A DNA stretch of 63,977 bases, the filler included, from an uncultured bacterium (GTDB taxonomy: Bacteria; DAOPZR01): assembly GCA_964637655.1 (NCBI GenBank). It is 4 parts of 4 records of this genome, joined end to end, with 100 filler letters (N's around TTAATTAATTAA, not from the genome) between each part and the next. Parts side by side here need not be neighbours in the genome. Positions count along the whole stretch, not along the records: positions 33,163 to 49,426 come from CAZWUZ010000047.1; 3 more parts are not named here. One strand, given 5' to 3'. How positions within the stretch are numbered: position 1 is the first letter of the stretch; every line of letters begins with the position of its first letter. Of this stretch, positions 38,569-48,654 are shown one piece after another. The notes under the pieces were generated by a model. That model worked only from the letters and a program-made list of their open reading frames with translations. It did no database searches and had not been told where the DNA came from. Made by a program: the position numbers and the translations under genes.

Positions 38569-40805
38569 AGCCGCTGCAACTGCCGCACGATGAGCGCGGC
38601 GGCGATGACCGCAACGCGCTGGCGCGGCGCGGGCATGACCCAGCCGGTCATCGGCAGCGTCCATTCGAGGAGCACCGCGAGGTAGGGGGCAAGGTCCGTG
38701 CGCCCGCCCAGCGCGGCGACCGCATATTCACGCAGACGCCAGGTGAGGCGCAGCGCCTTGTCGAGCAGCGGGTCGTCCGCGGCGGGGCAGGCGGGACGGT
38801 CGGTGAGCGTGCGCGCCTCCGTCAGCGCCGCGTAGTACCGGGCGAGGCGGCGGATGTCGTCGGCATTGTCGCAGCGCGTCAGTTCGATGCCGCAGATCGG
38901 TTCGAGGCGCGCGAAATCGGCGATGATGCTGCGCTCGCGGCTCTCGGAAAAATCGATGACGTAGAGGTTGGCGCGGTCGTCGACGAGGATGTTCTTGAGG
39001 TTGAGGTCGCCGTGGGTGATGCCGGTTGACCAGTCCCATTCCCGTGCCGCCCACTGCGGCCAGTCATGCACGAAAAAGTGGTACGGGTTGGGGAGTTCGC
39101 ACTCGAGTTCGGGACAGGCGATGACCGGCGCGTCCAGGTTGATGCCGTAGCTTTGTGCGCCCGGGAGCAGGGCGGGGAAGAGGTGCCGCGGGTCATGATC
39201 GGCAAACGGGCGCAGGCGCGCGGCCCGCGGCTGCCCGTACCACGGCTTGAGGATGTCGGTGAAGACGCGGTCGCAGAGCGCGATGACCTGGTCGGCCGGT
39301 TCGGTGCGGTACAAATTCTCCAGCCAGGTGAGCGTGCCCGCCCCGCCGGTGACCCCGACGAAATTATAGCGCAGCCCGGCAGCGTCGCCGCAGGCGGCGC
39401 TCCCCATGATGGTGGTGCTGTTGTTGAGGATGAATTTTTCGACGCAGGCGCGGTAGGCGTCGACCTCGCGCCGCGTCACCTCGAGCCCGCCGAGTTTCAT
39501 CACGGTCGGCAGCAATTGCCGGCCGTCGCGGTCATAACTGGCGACGCGATAGGTCTTCGAGGTGAAACCGCCGGTGAGCGGGGTCAGGGCCACCCGCGCG
39601 GCGTCGCGGTAGATGCGGCGGGTGATGACCTGCCACTCCTCGCGGAAATCGTCACCGTCCGGGGTTTCGATCTGCAGCAGGCCGGCCGCGCCGTCGCTCA
39701 CGGCGGCGGGCAGGTAGGTCCACAGACGACCGCCGGTGACGGTGAGTGCGGGCGTGCCGAGCAGCAGACCGGTCAACTGGTCAAGCGTGCCGGCATCGTG
39801 CAGTGCCGCGGCCGGCGTGGCGGCAGCGACCGGCTGCGCCAGGGTCAGCACGGAAATGTGCCACGCGGCCCCGTCCGCGGCGATGGTGGCGGCGGGCAGC
39901 GTGCCGGTGAGCGGCTGGCCGGGTGCGAGGCGCACGGCGACAATCAGTGCCGGCGTGTCGAGGGCCTGCGTGCCCGACGGAGTGGCCCCGTCAAGTTCGC
40001 CGGGCGTGGTGCAGAACACGCCGGCGCCACGGGCGCAGGGCGTGCTGATGAGCAGCACCTGCAGCGGGTGGTTGCCGGCCGCGCCGGCGAGTGCGGCCAG
40101 CGCCAGCGGTGTGTCGGGGAGCGGGACGGTTGCCACGGGGTCGCCGTCGAGCGACAGGGCGCGCGTGACGTACAGGTCGGTGCTGTCGGGGTCGGCAGCG
40201 ACCAGCGTGTCCGCGACGCCATGCGGCGCGGCGGGCTGCAGCACGGCGGTGCTGCCGGTGGCCAGCAGCAGGCCGGGGGCTGCTGCTGCCTGCGCGGCGG
40301 TGGCGCCGAAAGCACCGACGCCGACCGCGAGGCCGAGTTCGCGCAGCGACAGGCGCAGCGGTGTACCGGCCGGCGCGTCCCAGCGGCGCAGCGCTGCCTG
40401 TGTGCCGGGGCAGGCGGTGACGGGCAGGTCGTGTTCCGCACAGCGGAACCGGGTGGCCGCCGGGGCGCCGGGGTCCGCAAGAAGTGCCTGCGCCGCCGCA
40501 GTGTCGGGCGCGATGGTAAACCGCTGCTGCATGCCGGAAACGGCAAGCGTCTGCATGACGACCGGCGGCACGGCCGCGAGAATGAACCGGCCGCCGCGGG
40601 CGCCGCAATGCCGGTGCAGCGTCAGCAGGACGCGCAGGCCGGCGCTCGACATGAACTCGACGCCGGCGAGGTCGAGCACGGCGGCGGTGATGGCGTCGCG
40701 GTGCGGGGCGAGCGCCTGTTCGAGGAGCGTGACCCCGTAGGCGTCGACGCGCCCGGTGACGGTGATGACGGCGGCAGCGCCGCCGGTGACGGTGCAGGTC
40801 AGCAT
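38565..40805 (-). CDS. STAS (anti-sigma antagonist) domain fused to APH/choline-kinase-like phosphotransferase
   Basis: N-terminal GRVDA...LDLAGVEFMSSAGLRVLL; C-terminal LTGGFTS, VMK, HGDLNLKNILVD and VIDF. Confidence 0.8.
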   Translation of the reverse strand: MLTCTVTGGAAAVITVTGRVDAYGVTLLEQALAPHRDAITAAVLDLAGVEFMSSAGLRVLLTLHRHCGARGGRFILAAVPPVVMQTLAVSGMQQRFTIAPDTAAAQALLADPGAPAATRFRCAEHDLPVTACPGTQAALRRWDAPAGTPLRLSLRELGLAVGVGAFGATAAQAAAAPGLLLATGSTAVLQPAAPHGVADTLVAADPDSTDLYVTRALSLDGDPVATVPLPDTPLALAALAGAAGNHPLQVLLISTPCARGAGVFCTTPGELDGATPSGTQALDTPALIVAVRLAPGQPLTGTLPAATIAADGAAWHISVLTLAQPVAAATPAAALHDAGTLDQLTGLLLGTPALTVTGGRLWTYLPAAVSDGAAGLLQIETPDGDDFREEWQVITRRIYRDAARVALTPLTGGFTSKTYRVASYDRDGRQLLPTVMKLGGLEVTRREVDAYRACVEKFILNNSTTIMGSAACGDAAGLRYNFVGVTGGAGTLTWLENLYRTEPADQVIALCDRVFTDILKPWYGQPRAARLRPFADHDPRHLFPALLPGAQSYGINLDAPVIACPELECELPNPYHFFVHDWPQWAAREWDWSTGITHGDLNLKNILVDDRANLYVIDFSESRERSIIADFARLEPICGIELTRCDNADDIRRLARYYAALTEARTLTDRPACPAADDPLLDKALRLTWRLREYAVAALGGRTDLAPYLAVLLEWTLPMTGWVMPAPRQRVAVIAAALIVRQLQRL

Positions 40806-40821
40806 GGGCAGTTCTCCGGGT

Positions 40822-42093
40822 TCATGCGGCGTCAGGACGCAGCCAGACGCGGCGGTTGCGGACGTAGGCCTGTTCGATCATCACGTCGTTGCCGAGGTAG
40901 ATGAGGAAGGCGAGCAGGTCGTCCAGTCCCTCGAGCCGGAACGCGGGCGAGAGCTGGGTAATGTCGATGATGATGAAGTCGGCGTCCTTGCCGGGGGCGA
41001 AATTGCCGGTGCGGTCGCCCAGCCCCAGCGTTTGTGCGGCGCCAAGGGTGGCGTAGTAGTACGAGGCGGTGGGCGGCAGGTGATATTCCTGCGCGTAGTT
41101 CATCGCCTTCATCACGTCACAGAGCGAGAAACTCGGCCCGGCGCCGATGTCGGTGCCGAGCGCAATGGGGATGCCGGCCTTCTCGGTTTCGCGCAGGCGG
41201 AAAAAGCCCGACTTGAGGAAAAAGTTCGACGACGGGCAGTGAATGAGCGAACAGCCGGCCTCGCGCAGCAGAACATGTTCCGCGGGGAAGAGGTAGATGC
41301 CGTGCGCCAGCCAGGTGCGTTCCGTGAGCAGACCGTGTGTCCGGTACACATCGGTGTAGGTGGCGCAGTCGGGAAACTGGCGCAGCACGCTGGCCACTTC
41401 CTGCTCGTTCTCGGCGAGATGGGTCTGGATGGGAATGCGGTGCGCGCGCGCATAGTCGCCGATGCCGCGCATCAGTGCGGAGGAGCAGACCGGGGCGAAG
41501 CGCGGGGTGAACACGTAGTGGAGCAGTCCGTCAGCGGCGCCATGCCACTGCTCGCAGAGGGTGATGCTTTCGCGCAGCACGCGCTCCGTGTCGCCGGGGC
41601 GCGCACCGGCGTAGTTGCAGTCCATGAGCGTCTGCCCGATGACCGCGCGGATGCCGGCGTCCTGCGCGGCGCGAAAGGCAATGCCGGTCGCGGCGGCGTC
41701 AGCGGAAGCGTAGCCGACGATGGTGGTGGTGCCGTGCCGCAGCGCCTCGCGGAAGAAACGGGCGGAGACCTCCGCGGCGATGGTTGGGTCGGCAAACTGC
41801 GCTTCGGCCGGGTAGATGTATTTCTGCAGCCAGGAGAGGAGCGACTCGCCGTAGCGTGCCCGCTGGTCGAGTTGCGGGATATGCGCGTGGGCGTCGATGA
41901 AGCCCGGGGCGATGAATTTTCCGGACAGGTCGTGCGTGGCGGCAGTCGCGGCATCCGGGCGGGCGCTGATCGCGGCATACTCACCGCAGGCGACGACGCG
42001 CCCGTCGTCGCCGACGAGCAGCGCGCCGTCGTGGAACAACTCGGTCTTGGCCCGGTTGACGGGATTGATGAGAATGCCGCGATACAGGTCCAT
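40822..42093 (-). CDS. guaD: Guanine deaminase (amidohydrolase)
   Basis: PGFIDAHAHIPQ, LLSWLQKYIYPAE, TPRFAPVCS, QTHLAEN..E, AHGIYL, HCPSSNFFLKSG and GTDIGAG motifs. Confidence 0.92.
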   Translation of the reverse strand: MDLYRGILINPVNRAKTELFHDGALLVGDDGRVVACGEYAAISARPDAATAATHDLSGKFIAPGFIDAHAHIPQLDQRARYGESLLSWLQKYIYPAEAQFADPTIAAEVSARFFREALRHGTTTIVGYASADAAATGIAFRAAQDAGIRAVIGQTLMDCNYAGARPGDTERVLRESITLCEQWHGAADGLLHYVFTPRFAPVCSSALMRGIGDYARAHRIPIQTHLAENEQEVASVLRQFPDCATYTDVYRTHGLLTERTWLAHGIYLFPAEHVLLREAGCSLIHCPSSNFFLKSGFFRLRETEKAGIPIALGTDIGAGPSFSLCDVMKAMNYAQEYHLPPTASYYYATLGAAQTLGLGDRTGNFAPGKDADFIIIDITQLSPAFRLEGLDDLLAFLIYLGNDVMIEQAYVRNRRVWLRPDAA

Positions 42094-42099
42094 GCGTGC

Positions 42100-42128
42100 A
42101 GGATAGCGTCGGGGGGCGCGCTTGTCAA
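42100..42128 (-). promoter_or_regulatory. sigma70 promoter, leaderless guaD
   Basis: TTGACA-N17-TATCCT, 6 nt before ATG 42093; no SD. Confidence 0.7.
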
Positions 42129-42189
42129 GCGGCGCCGGCATGAACCCGGATGGCAGTGGTGCCGCCCGGGGGAAACTGCCGGCGTGCGC

Positions 42190-43329
42190 TCAGGTGCTGG
42201 CGGCGATGGCGGCGCGCAGGCGGGAGAGGAAGGCGTCCTGCCGTGCGAGGGGGACGCGCGCGCTGCCGGCGGTGGCATGCCCGGTGCCGTCCCCCGCGCC
42301 GAGTTCGCGCGCGATGGCGGCGAGTAGCGTGCCGACATGCTGGCGGGCGTGGCGCCAGCGCACGGAGAAGCGGGCGCGGTCGAGCAGCGGCTGCTCTTCG
42401 ATGACGATGACGGCGCGGTCCGGGTGTGCATCCTGCAACGTGTTGGCGAGCGGCGAGGCAAGGCGAAAATCGCCGGCCACCGTGCGGGCGACAACGCAGG
42501 TGGCGCTGATTTCCGCGGTGGCGCGCGCGGTAGTCAGCAGGTCGCGGTAGGTTGCCCGGCGGGTGGCAAAGGGTTCGGCCACGAGCAGCGTGTCGGGTGA
42601 CGGCAGCGTGGCGACCAGCGCGGCAAGGTCGCAGACGAGCGGGGTCGTGTACTGCACCGCGTGAAAGGTGTCGCGTAGTTCCGGCAGGCGGACCAGGTTG
42701 TGCTGTTCGCGGGCAATCAGGTCGCGGGCGGCATCGGGGCAGTAATCGAGGATGCTGCCAAGCGCCGCCAGCCAGGAGGCAGTATGCCAGGGCGGCGCTC
42801 CGTCAGTGTTTTTCAGTTGCGGCCGCGCCGCCAGCCAGCCGGCATTGTGCCAGGCCGGCGCGTCGCTGGTGTTTTCCGGTTGTGGTTGTGCGGCCAGCCC
42901 GCCGGTCGCTGGGGGAAGATGCTCATGCAGCAGGTCATAGACGATGTATGCGGCGCAGGGGAGCGGGGAGACGTTGTGCAGCCAGGGATTGAGTGTGCGG
43001 GAGAGGAGCGGCGGACGCGGCGACGGGTGATGGTCGATGTTGAGAAAGAGCGGGTCGAGTTCGCGGTAGCAGTCGGGCATCCCCTGCGCCTCGATAAAGA
43101 TGCCGGCGGTGCAACCGCGCACCGCCTCGCGATACAGGTGGAATTCTTTTTTGCCAAACTCCGCCGATGAGGCGAAAGAAATTGTGCAATCGCGTTGTTG
43201 CAGGTACGCGGCGAGCAGACCAGCCCCGATGATACCGTCGGCATCACCGTGGTGTGCAATCAACACATTTCCACGCAGAGCATTGATTTGTTCAATAAAA
43301 ACAGTATTAGAGTTTACATGAATAGACAT
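42190..43329 (-). CDS. DHH/DHHA1 family phosphoesterase
   Basis: HHGDADG, NIDHH, FSVR and GDGTGHATAGS (GGGH..AAG-like) motifs. Only the 3' 380 codons of the 1537-aa ORF are coding. Confidence 0.8.
   Translation of the reverse strand: MSIHVNSNTVFIEQINALRGNVLIAHHGDADGIIGAGLLAAYLQQRDCTISFASSAEFGKKEFHLYREAVRGCTAGIFIEAQGMPDCYRELDPLFLNIDHHPSPRPPLLSRTLNPWLHNVSPLPCAAYIVYDLLHEHLPPATGGLAAQPQPENTSDAPAWHNAGWLAARPQLKNTDGAPPWHTASWLAALGSILDYCPDAARDLIAREQHNLVRLPELRDTFHAVQYTTPLVCDLAALVATLPSPDTLLVAEPFATRRATYRDLLTTARATAEISATCVVARTVAGDFRLASPLANTLQDAHPDRAVIVIEEQPLLDRARFSVRWRHARQHVGTLLAAIARELGAGDGTGHATAGSARVPLARQDAFLSRLRAAIAAST
42767..42905 (-). repeat. Degenerate 63-bp (21-aa) tandem repeat inside the DHH gene
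   Basis: GCCAGCC recurs at 42767, 42830 and 42893; protein GLAAQPQPENTSDAPAWHNAG / WLAARPQLKNTDGAPPWHTAS / WLAA. Confidence 0.8.
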
Positions 43330-43545
43330 ATCAAGTGTTTCCTTTTGTCGATATTTTGACGGGTAGTAAGTATTCAAGCAATACATATACCATCTTTGCA
43401 AGTAAATCAGGATACAAAAACTGAAAAGCCTAATCAATTGTATGGCAATAATATAAATACAATCAGCAACATATCGCATGATTGGCATGCAAGGGTACAC
43501 TATTTGCTCATAATAATGAGTTGTCAAAAAGGAGTATGCATATAC

Positions 43546-46500
43546 ATGGCTGAAATGAAGAAAAACGTGCATATTCTCGTGGGGTTTGCCCTGATGGCTG
43601 CCATAGCGATGCAGGCCGTGGCGGCTGAGGGGGCAATCTATCTTTCGGATACGCGCCCGTATTACCAGCCGTTTTCGATAGGGCTTGGCGACACTTACCC
43701 GCCGACGGACTGGAAGATGGGTGGCCGCGCCGACACGGAACTGGGCACCTACGCGAGCACTGCCTACAAGCAGACGAACATGGTGGCAGGCAACAGCTAC
43801 GGCTCCGCCGAGTCGAATGATACCTGCAATTTCTGGGACGGGGCTGATTTCAATTCCACGGAACGTGCGATCGGCTTTCTCGGCGGCAGTTCGCTGCACG
43901 GGGGCAACATCTATGCTGATTTCCAGAACACCTCGGGGCGGGCCTATTCGTCGGTGACGGTTTCCTACAGCATCGAGAAGTACCGCAATGGCAGTAATGT
44001 CGACGGATTCAGCATGCGCCTCTACTACTCCACCGACGGTTCGACCTGGACATTGGCGAATACCACCTCGTTTACCGCTGATGGTGACAACAACGGCTAC
44101 GCCGACGCCCCGGGGAGCACGACGCGCATCGACACGCTGACCATCAACGTCAGCGTCGCCAATAACGCCCACCTCTACTTGTGCTGGAATTATGGCAAGA
44201 CGAAAGACAGCACCGGATTGTGGACGAGCGCGCAGGCGCTGGGCCTCGACGATGTAATCGTGCAGGCCAGCAGCCAGGCACGGATCATTTTCAACGAAGT
44301 GAACGCCTACGGCACACCCGACTGGATTGAATTTTACGTGGTACAGGGCGGCATACTGGCTGACACGATAGTCAAGAGCAACGGCGACGTGGACACGGTC
44401 GGCCCGGCGGTGTCCGTGGCGACCGGTGATTACATCGTGCTCTACAGCGGCTCCGGGACCAACGACGCAGCGAAAACTGACGGTAGTGACCCGACGTTCT
44501 GGGAATTCTACTGGAGCGGAGGGCCGACGGGCACGGACGACACCTACCGCTTGTACATGTCTGGCTCGACCACTATCCAGGACTTTGTCGGGTGGGCTAC
44601 CCAGGACGCCACGCTGAACGCCGATGACAAGGAAGCGCTCATGGCGGCGTACGCCGACGGGCAATGGGATACCTTCGGGAACTCGCCGGATGCGATGGAT
44701 TTCGTGCGCAGCAGCGGGGCCGATGGTGTCTGTGCGCGCAACCAGTTCAGCACCGACACGAATAGCCGCTACGGCTGGGAATGGATAAACACAGGCGACG
44801 GTACGCCGGGAAGCGCCAACACGAATTTCCGCAATGCGCAGGGAGAGGGATACTGGGAGGTGGTGACGCCGGCCACGGTGACCCCGGGCTCGTCCGGCAC
44901 GTGGGAGTTCCGCTACCGGCGCGGGAACACGGTATTCTCCAAGGGCTACCTGACCTTCACCGTGCCGACAGGATGGACGAAACCGCAGTGCAGCAATGCG
45001 GGAGCCGCCGGGTACACGGTCGTGCTGGGCGATATCAACGACCTCAGTTCGGGGGCGGAACTCTGCATCACCGAGGACAGCACGGTCATCATCGCGGTCA
45101 ACACCCTGGCCGCGGGGGAATCGGTTACCATCGTCTACGGCTACGGCGGCGGGGCGGCGGCGGCGACGGCACCGGCGGGGGCAGGCACGTATACGTTCGC
45201 CATGATGTCCGATCCGCTGGGGAGCAATGTCTCGGCCCTTGATTCGTCCCCGACCCTGACCGTCGGCACGCCGCCGCAGGTCATCCTGAAGAACGTGCCC
45301 GACACGACCCTGTACGCGGATTCGCGCAACGCGACGCTGCTGGCCGGGCGCGTCGTCGGTGACGCGTCCGGTGACACGCTGCTGGGACTGACCGTCACCA
45401 ACATCGGTACGGCAACGAGCAGCGACACCGCGGACAGCGGCAACCAGGGGGGGCTCAGCCTCTGGCTCGATGTCAACGGCGACAGCGCGTGGGACACGGG
45501 CGATTCGTGGGTGGCGACGCTCAACTACCGCGGGGCGGGGCTGTGGGGTTTCAGTTCGAGCACGGTGCTGATGCCCGGTGGCGTGTTTAACTTTGTCGTT
45601 ACCACGAATATCGGCGCGACTCCAACCGACGGGCATACCTTCCAACTGCGCATCGGGGCTAATAACGTGCAGACCTCGGAACTGGGCCTGGGACCGGCTG
45701 CGGACACGACCAACACCGGGGTGCAGACCATCAGCGCGCTGTCGGGGTACACCGGGCCGGGGTCGGTTATTATCTCGGAAATTTCGTGGGGTGGCAGCGG
45801 TGGCGGGGCGGGAACCGAATGGTTCGAACTGCACAACAAGACCGGTACGGCGATTTCCCTGAACGGCTGGGTGATCGGCGACCAGGACGGGGCGGGATGT
45901 ACCCATACCTTCGGGGCGGTGACCATACCTGCCTATGGCTATTTCCTGTGCGAAGCGAGCGAAGGGGCAACCAGCGTGGCGGCTGATGACATTTACGGTG
46001 ATGACGCGGGCAACCTCGCGCTGAACAATGCCGGCGACAACCTCGTTCTCATCAACAGCAGCGGGGTGACCGTGGATGAGGTGTCGTTCACCTCCAGCTG
46101 GCCGGCCGGGGCGGCGAGCGGCGGACTCGGCAGCGGCTATGTGTCGATGGAACGCCGCGACCTCGATACGGCGGTGGCCGCCGGCTATCGCAGCAACTGG
46201 CTGTCCGGCCCTTATACTGTCGCCTGCGGAGCGCTGGGCGGGGTGTCGGGGACGCCGGGGGCGGCCAACTCGATGGCGGGCTGGAACAGCGTGAAAATCA
46301 ACGAGGTGCTGATCAACGACGTGGCGAGTCCCGACGAGAGCGAGTGGGTGGAAATCTATAATGCGGGGACGACGCCGGTCAACATTTACAACTGGGAACT
46401 GACCAACTACAACAGCAACGACAAAACGCTGCCGCAGACGGCCATCCCGCCCAAGGGCTTCATTGTCGTGCATTATGCCTCGGGCACGGACGAAACCGCA

Positions 46501-48654
46501 TTCAGCGGCACCAACAGCGTCATGCATCTGTATGCCAACACCAGCGACGTACTGGTGAACGGCACGCGCGACGCGGTCGGCCTGCACACTTCGACGACGA
46601 ACGACAGCCGCAATATCATCGATTTTGTCGCGTGGGCGGTAACTCCCGGCACGGCGCTGACCGATGCGCAGAATGCGGTGGATGCCGGGCAATGGCCGTC
46701 CACCACGACGCAGGTGGACATCACTGACGCAATCGGTCGGTCGATATTCCGCTATACGGACGGGGCGGACAGCAACAGCACGGATACGGGTGACTGGACG
46801 CAACTGGCGAATGCCGACCGGTTCCTCTATTCCTGCGGCGGGACGAACCGCTCCAATCTGGCGGGGACGCTGACCGGCGCGGCGTCGCTTACGGTGATAT
46901 CAACCACCAATGACGGGACGGGCTATCGGGGCGCGGTCGGCGACACCGCCCTCATCCGGCTGGTCGGCACGGACAATGACCCGGGCTGCACCAATACCAC
47001 CACCTGCACCGTGGTGTCGAGCACCACGGACGGCAGCGGCAAGGTGGTGCTGAAACTGACGGAAACCGGGCTGAACACGGGCATTTTCGAGGGGTATCTG
47101 CAGCTGCGGTCGCTGTCGAGCGACGCGCAGTGGTGGATCGGTTGCGCCAGCGGGGAAATCGTCACCATCCGCGCGCTGGAAAATTACGCGCTGTTCGATA
47201 CGATTGTTATCGGGGCCTCGGCCGCGCCCGGGGTGAGTGCACTGCTCATCAACGAGTTCATGGCGGCCGCCACGGGCGAAAATGCGACTGAATACATCGA
47301 AATCTACAACCCGACGGACACGGACATCCTCATTGCCGGCTGCTACCTCGATGATATCAATGCCGGTGGCTCAGCCCCGTACCAGATCCCGACGGCAGGC
47401 AACGCGAGCGATACCATTCCCGCGCGCGGGTTCAAGGTTTATTACGGTGCGACGACCGGGATTACCCTGAACAACAGCAGTCCGTACGATGATGTGCGGC
47501 TGCTGGCGCCGGACGGCTCGGTCATCGACCAGCGCACCTATGCGTCCACGAGCAGCAACATCTCCGAGGGACGCTGCCACGACGGGTCGGGCATCTGGCG
47601 GCTGTTCGACACGGTGAATACCCCGGCTCCGTCACCCGGGGCGACCAACAACCCGGCGCCGGTCATCACGCAGATCAACCTCAGTTCGAGCGCGTCCGGA
47701 CGCATCTACTGGAACGGGGTGCAGGATACGTCGCTGGCGGGCGGCGTGGTGGCAACAACCTGCACGTTCAGCAGCAGCGGCGTCGCGCAGAACGTCTCCA
47801 TCACGGTGTACGGCATGCGCACCTACGACGACTGCGGCTGCACGGGGAGCGATGCCTTCGGGGACGGGGTGGTGACGGCAGGCGAAGTGACGATGCCCTA
47901 CACGCTGACCTACGGCCTCGAGGCGGGGGTGGCGACGCAGAATGTCACGGTCCACCTCACCGACACCTGCGGCGCGAGCGATTCGCTGACCATCCGCTTC
48001 GTGCAGGACAACACCGCGCCGGCGGCGCCGGCCAACCTGACGGCGAAAGCGGATACGGCGGTCCCGGATACGGGCGTCTGGCTGGCGTGGAGCAGCGTCA
48101 GCGGTGAGACGGTCGGGTATTATGTGTATGTCGACACCGACGGCAACGGTCAGGCGCAGCGGCTGAGCGGGCTGCTGACCGACACTACCGGCTTCCTCGC
48201 TGACAGCCGCTATGTGACGCTGGGCGAAACCTACGTGTTCTTCGTCGTCTGTGTCGATTCGGTCGGCAACGAGTCGCTGCATTCCGACACCGCGCAGGCG
48301 CCCATCCTCATCCCGTACAAACTGCGCGACACGGTGTCACTGGGCGGTACGCCGGTGCCGGCGCGTCCGGGGGCGACGGTGGCGTGGCGGCTCGGGGTGC
48401 GCAATGCGGGTTTCGGCCCGGCGCAGAACGTGGTCATCACCGATGCCCTGGCGACGGATATCGCGTACAAGACCAATTCCGCCGATACGGTCGCCACACG
48501 CGGCTATCAGGCGACCATCGAGTATTCCCATGACAGCGGGGCCACGTGGAATACATCGCAGGCGGCGCCGGTTACGAATATCCGCTGGACCATCAGCGGT
48601 TACCATGCAACCAACAGCATCATTGAGGTGAAATTTGAAACCTACATCCGTTAG
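43546..48654 (+). CDS. Large secreted surface protein with four lamin-tail (LTD) domains, FN3-like and C-terminal DUF11-like domain
   Basis: Sec signal (..AMQAVAA-EG). LTD signatures IIFNEV..DWIEFY, VIISEI..EWFELHN, VKINEV..EWVEIYN and LLINEF..EYIEIYN, each ending TPG/CGG/SPGxxN. DNTAPAAPANL...VDSVGNES; PGATVAWRL.VRNAG..AQNVVITD. Confidence 0.85.
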   Translation: MAEMKKNVHILVGFALMAAIAMQAVAAEGAIYLSDTRPYYQPFSIGLGDTYPPTDWKMGGRADTELGTYASTAYKQTNMVAGNSYGSAESNDTCNFWDGADFNSTERAIGFLGGSSLHGGNIYADFQNTSGRAYSSVTVSYSIEKYRNGSNVDGFSMRLYYSTDGSTWTLANTTSFTADGDNNGYADAPGSTTRIDTLTINVSVANNAHLYLCWNYGKTKDSTGLWTSAQALGLDDVIVQASSQARIIFNEVNAYGTPDWIEFYVVQGGILADTIVKSNGDVDTVGPAVSVATGDYIVLYSGSGTNDAAKTDGSDPTFWEFYWSGGPTGTDDTYRLYMSGSTTIQDFVGWATQDATLNADDKEALMAAYADGQWDTFGNSPDAMDFVRSSGADGVCARNQFSTDTNSRYGWEWINTGDGTPGSANTNFRNAQGEGYWEVVTPATVTPGSSGTWEFRYRRGNTVFSKGYLTFTVPTGWTKPQCSNAGAAGYTVVLGDINDLSSGAELCITEDSTVIIAVNTLAAGESVTIVYGYGGGAAAATAPAGAGTYTFAMMSDPLGSNVSALDSSPTLTVGTPPQVILKNVPDTTLYADSRNATLLAGRVVGDASGDTLLGLTVTNIGTATSSDTADSGNQGGLSLWLDVNGDSAWDTGDSWVATLNYRGAGLWGFSSSTVLMPGGVFNFVVTTNIGATPTDGHTFQLRIGANNVQTSELGLGPAADTTNTGVQTISALSGYTGPGSVIISEISWGGSGGGAGTEWFELHNKTGTAISLNGWVIGDQDGAGCTHTFGAVTIPAYGYFLCEASEGATSVAADDIYGDDAGNLALNNAGDNLVLINSSGVTVDEVSFTSSWPAGAASGGLGSGYVSMERRDLDTAVAAGYRSNWLSGPYTVACGALGGVSGTPGAANSMAGWNSVKINEVLINDVASPDESEWVEIYNAGTTPVNIYNWELTNYNSNDKTLPQTAIPPKGFIVVHYASGTDETAFSGTNSVMHLYANTSDVLVNGTRDAVGLHTSTTNDSRNIIDFVAWAVTPGTALTDAQNAVDAGQWPSTTTQVDITDAIGRSIFRYTDGADSNSTDTGDWTQLANADRFLYSCGGTNRSNLAGTLTGAASLTVISTTNDGTGYRGAVGDTALIRLVGTDNDPGCTNTTTCTVVSSTTDGSGKVVLKLTETGLNTGIFEGYLQLRSLSSDAQWWIGCASGEIVTIRALENYALFDTIVIGASAAPGVSALLINEFMAAATGENATEYIEIYNPTDTDILIAGCYLDDINAGGSAPYQIPTAGNASDTIPARGFKVYYGATTGITLNNSSPYDDVRLLAPDGSVIDQRTYASTSSNISEGRCHDGSGIWRLFDTVNTPAPSPGATNNPAPVITQINLSSSASGRIYWNGVQDTSLAGGVVATTCTFSSSGVAQNVSITVYGMRTYDDCGCTGSDAFGDGVVTAGEVTMPYTLTYGLEAGVATQNVTVHLTDTCGASDSLTIRFVQDNTAPAAPANLTAKADTAVPDTGVWLAWSSVSGETVGYYVYVDTDGNGQAQRLSGLLTDTTGFLADSRYVTLGETYVFFVVCVDSVGNESLHSDTAQAPILIPYKLRDTVSLGGTPVPARPGATVAWRLGVRNAGFGPAQNVVITDALATDIAYKTNSADTVATRGYQATIEYSHDSGATWNTSQAAPVTNIRWTISGYHATNSIIEVKFETYIR

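Noticed and set aside
43482-43498. TTGGCATGCAAGG upstream of the LTD gene as a sigma54 site
   Set aside because: No GC at the required 10-nt spacing from the GG
43330-46803. 5' part of the 1537-aa minus-strand ORF (42190-46803)
   Set aside because: Antisense shadow of the LTD gene with Arg/Val/Gly-rich nonsense composition; only the last 380 codons carry DHH motifs
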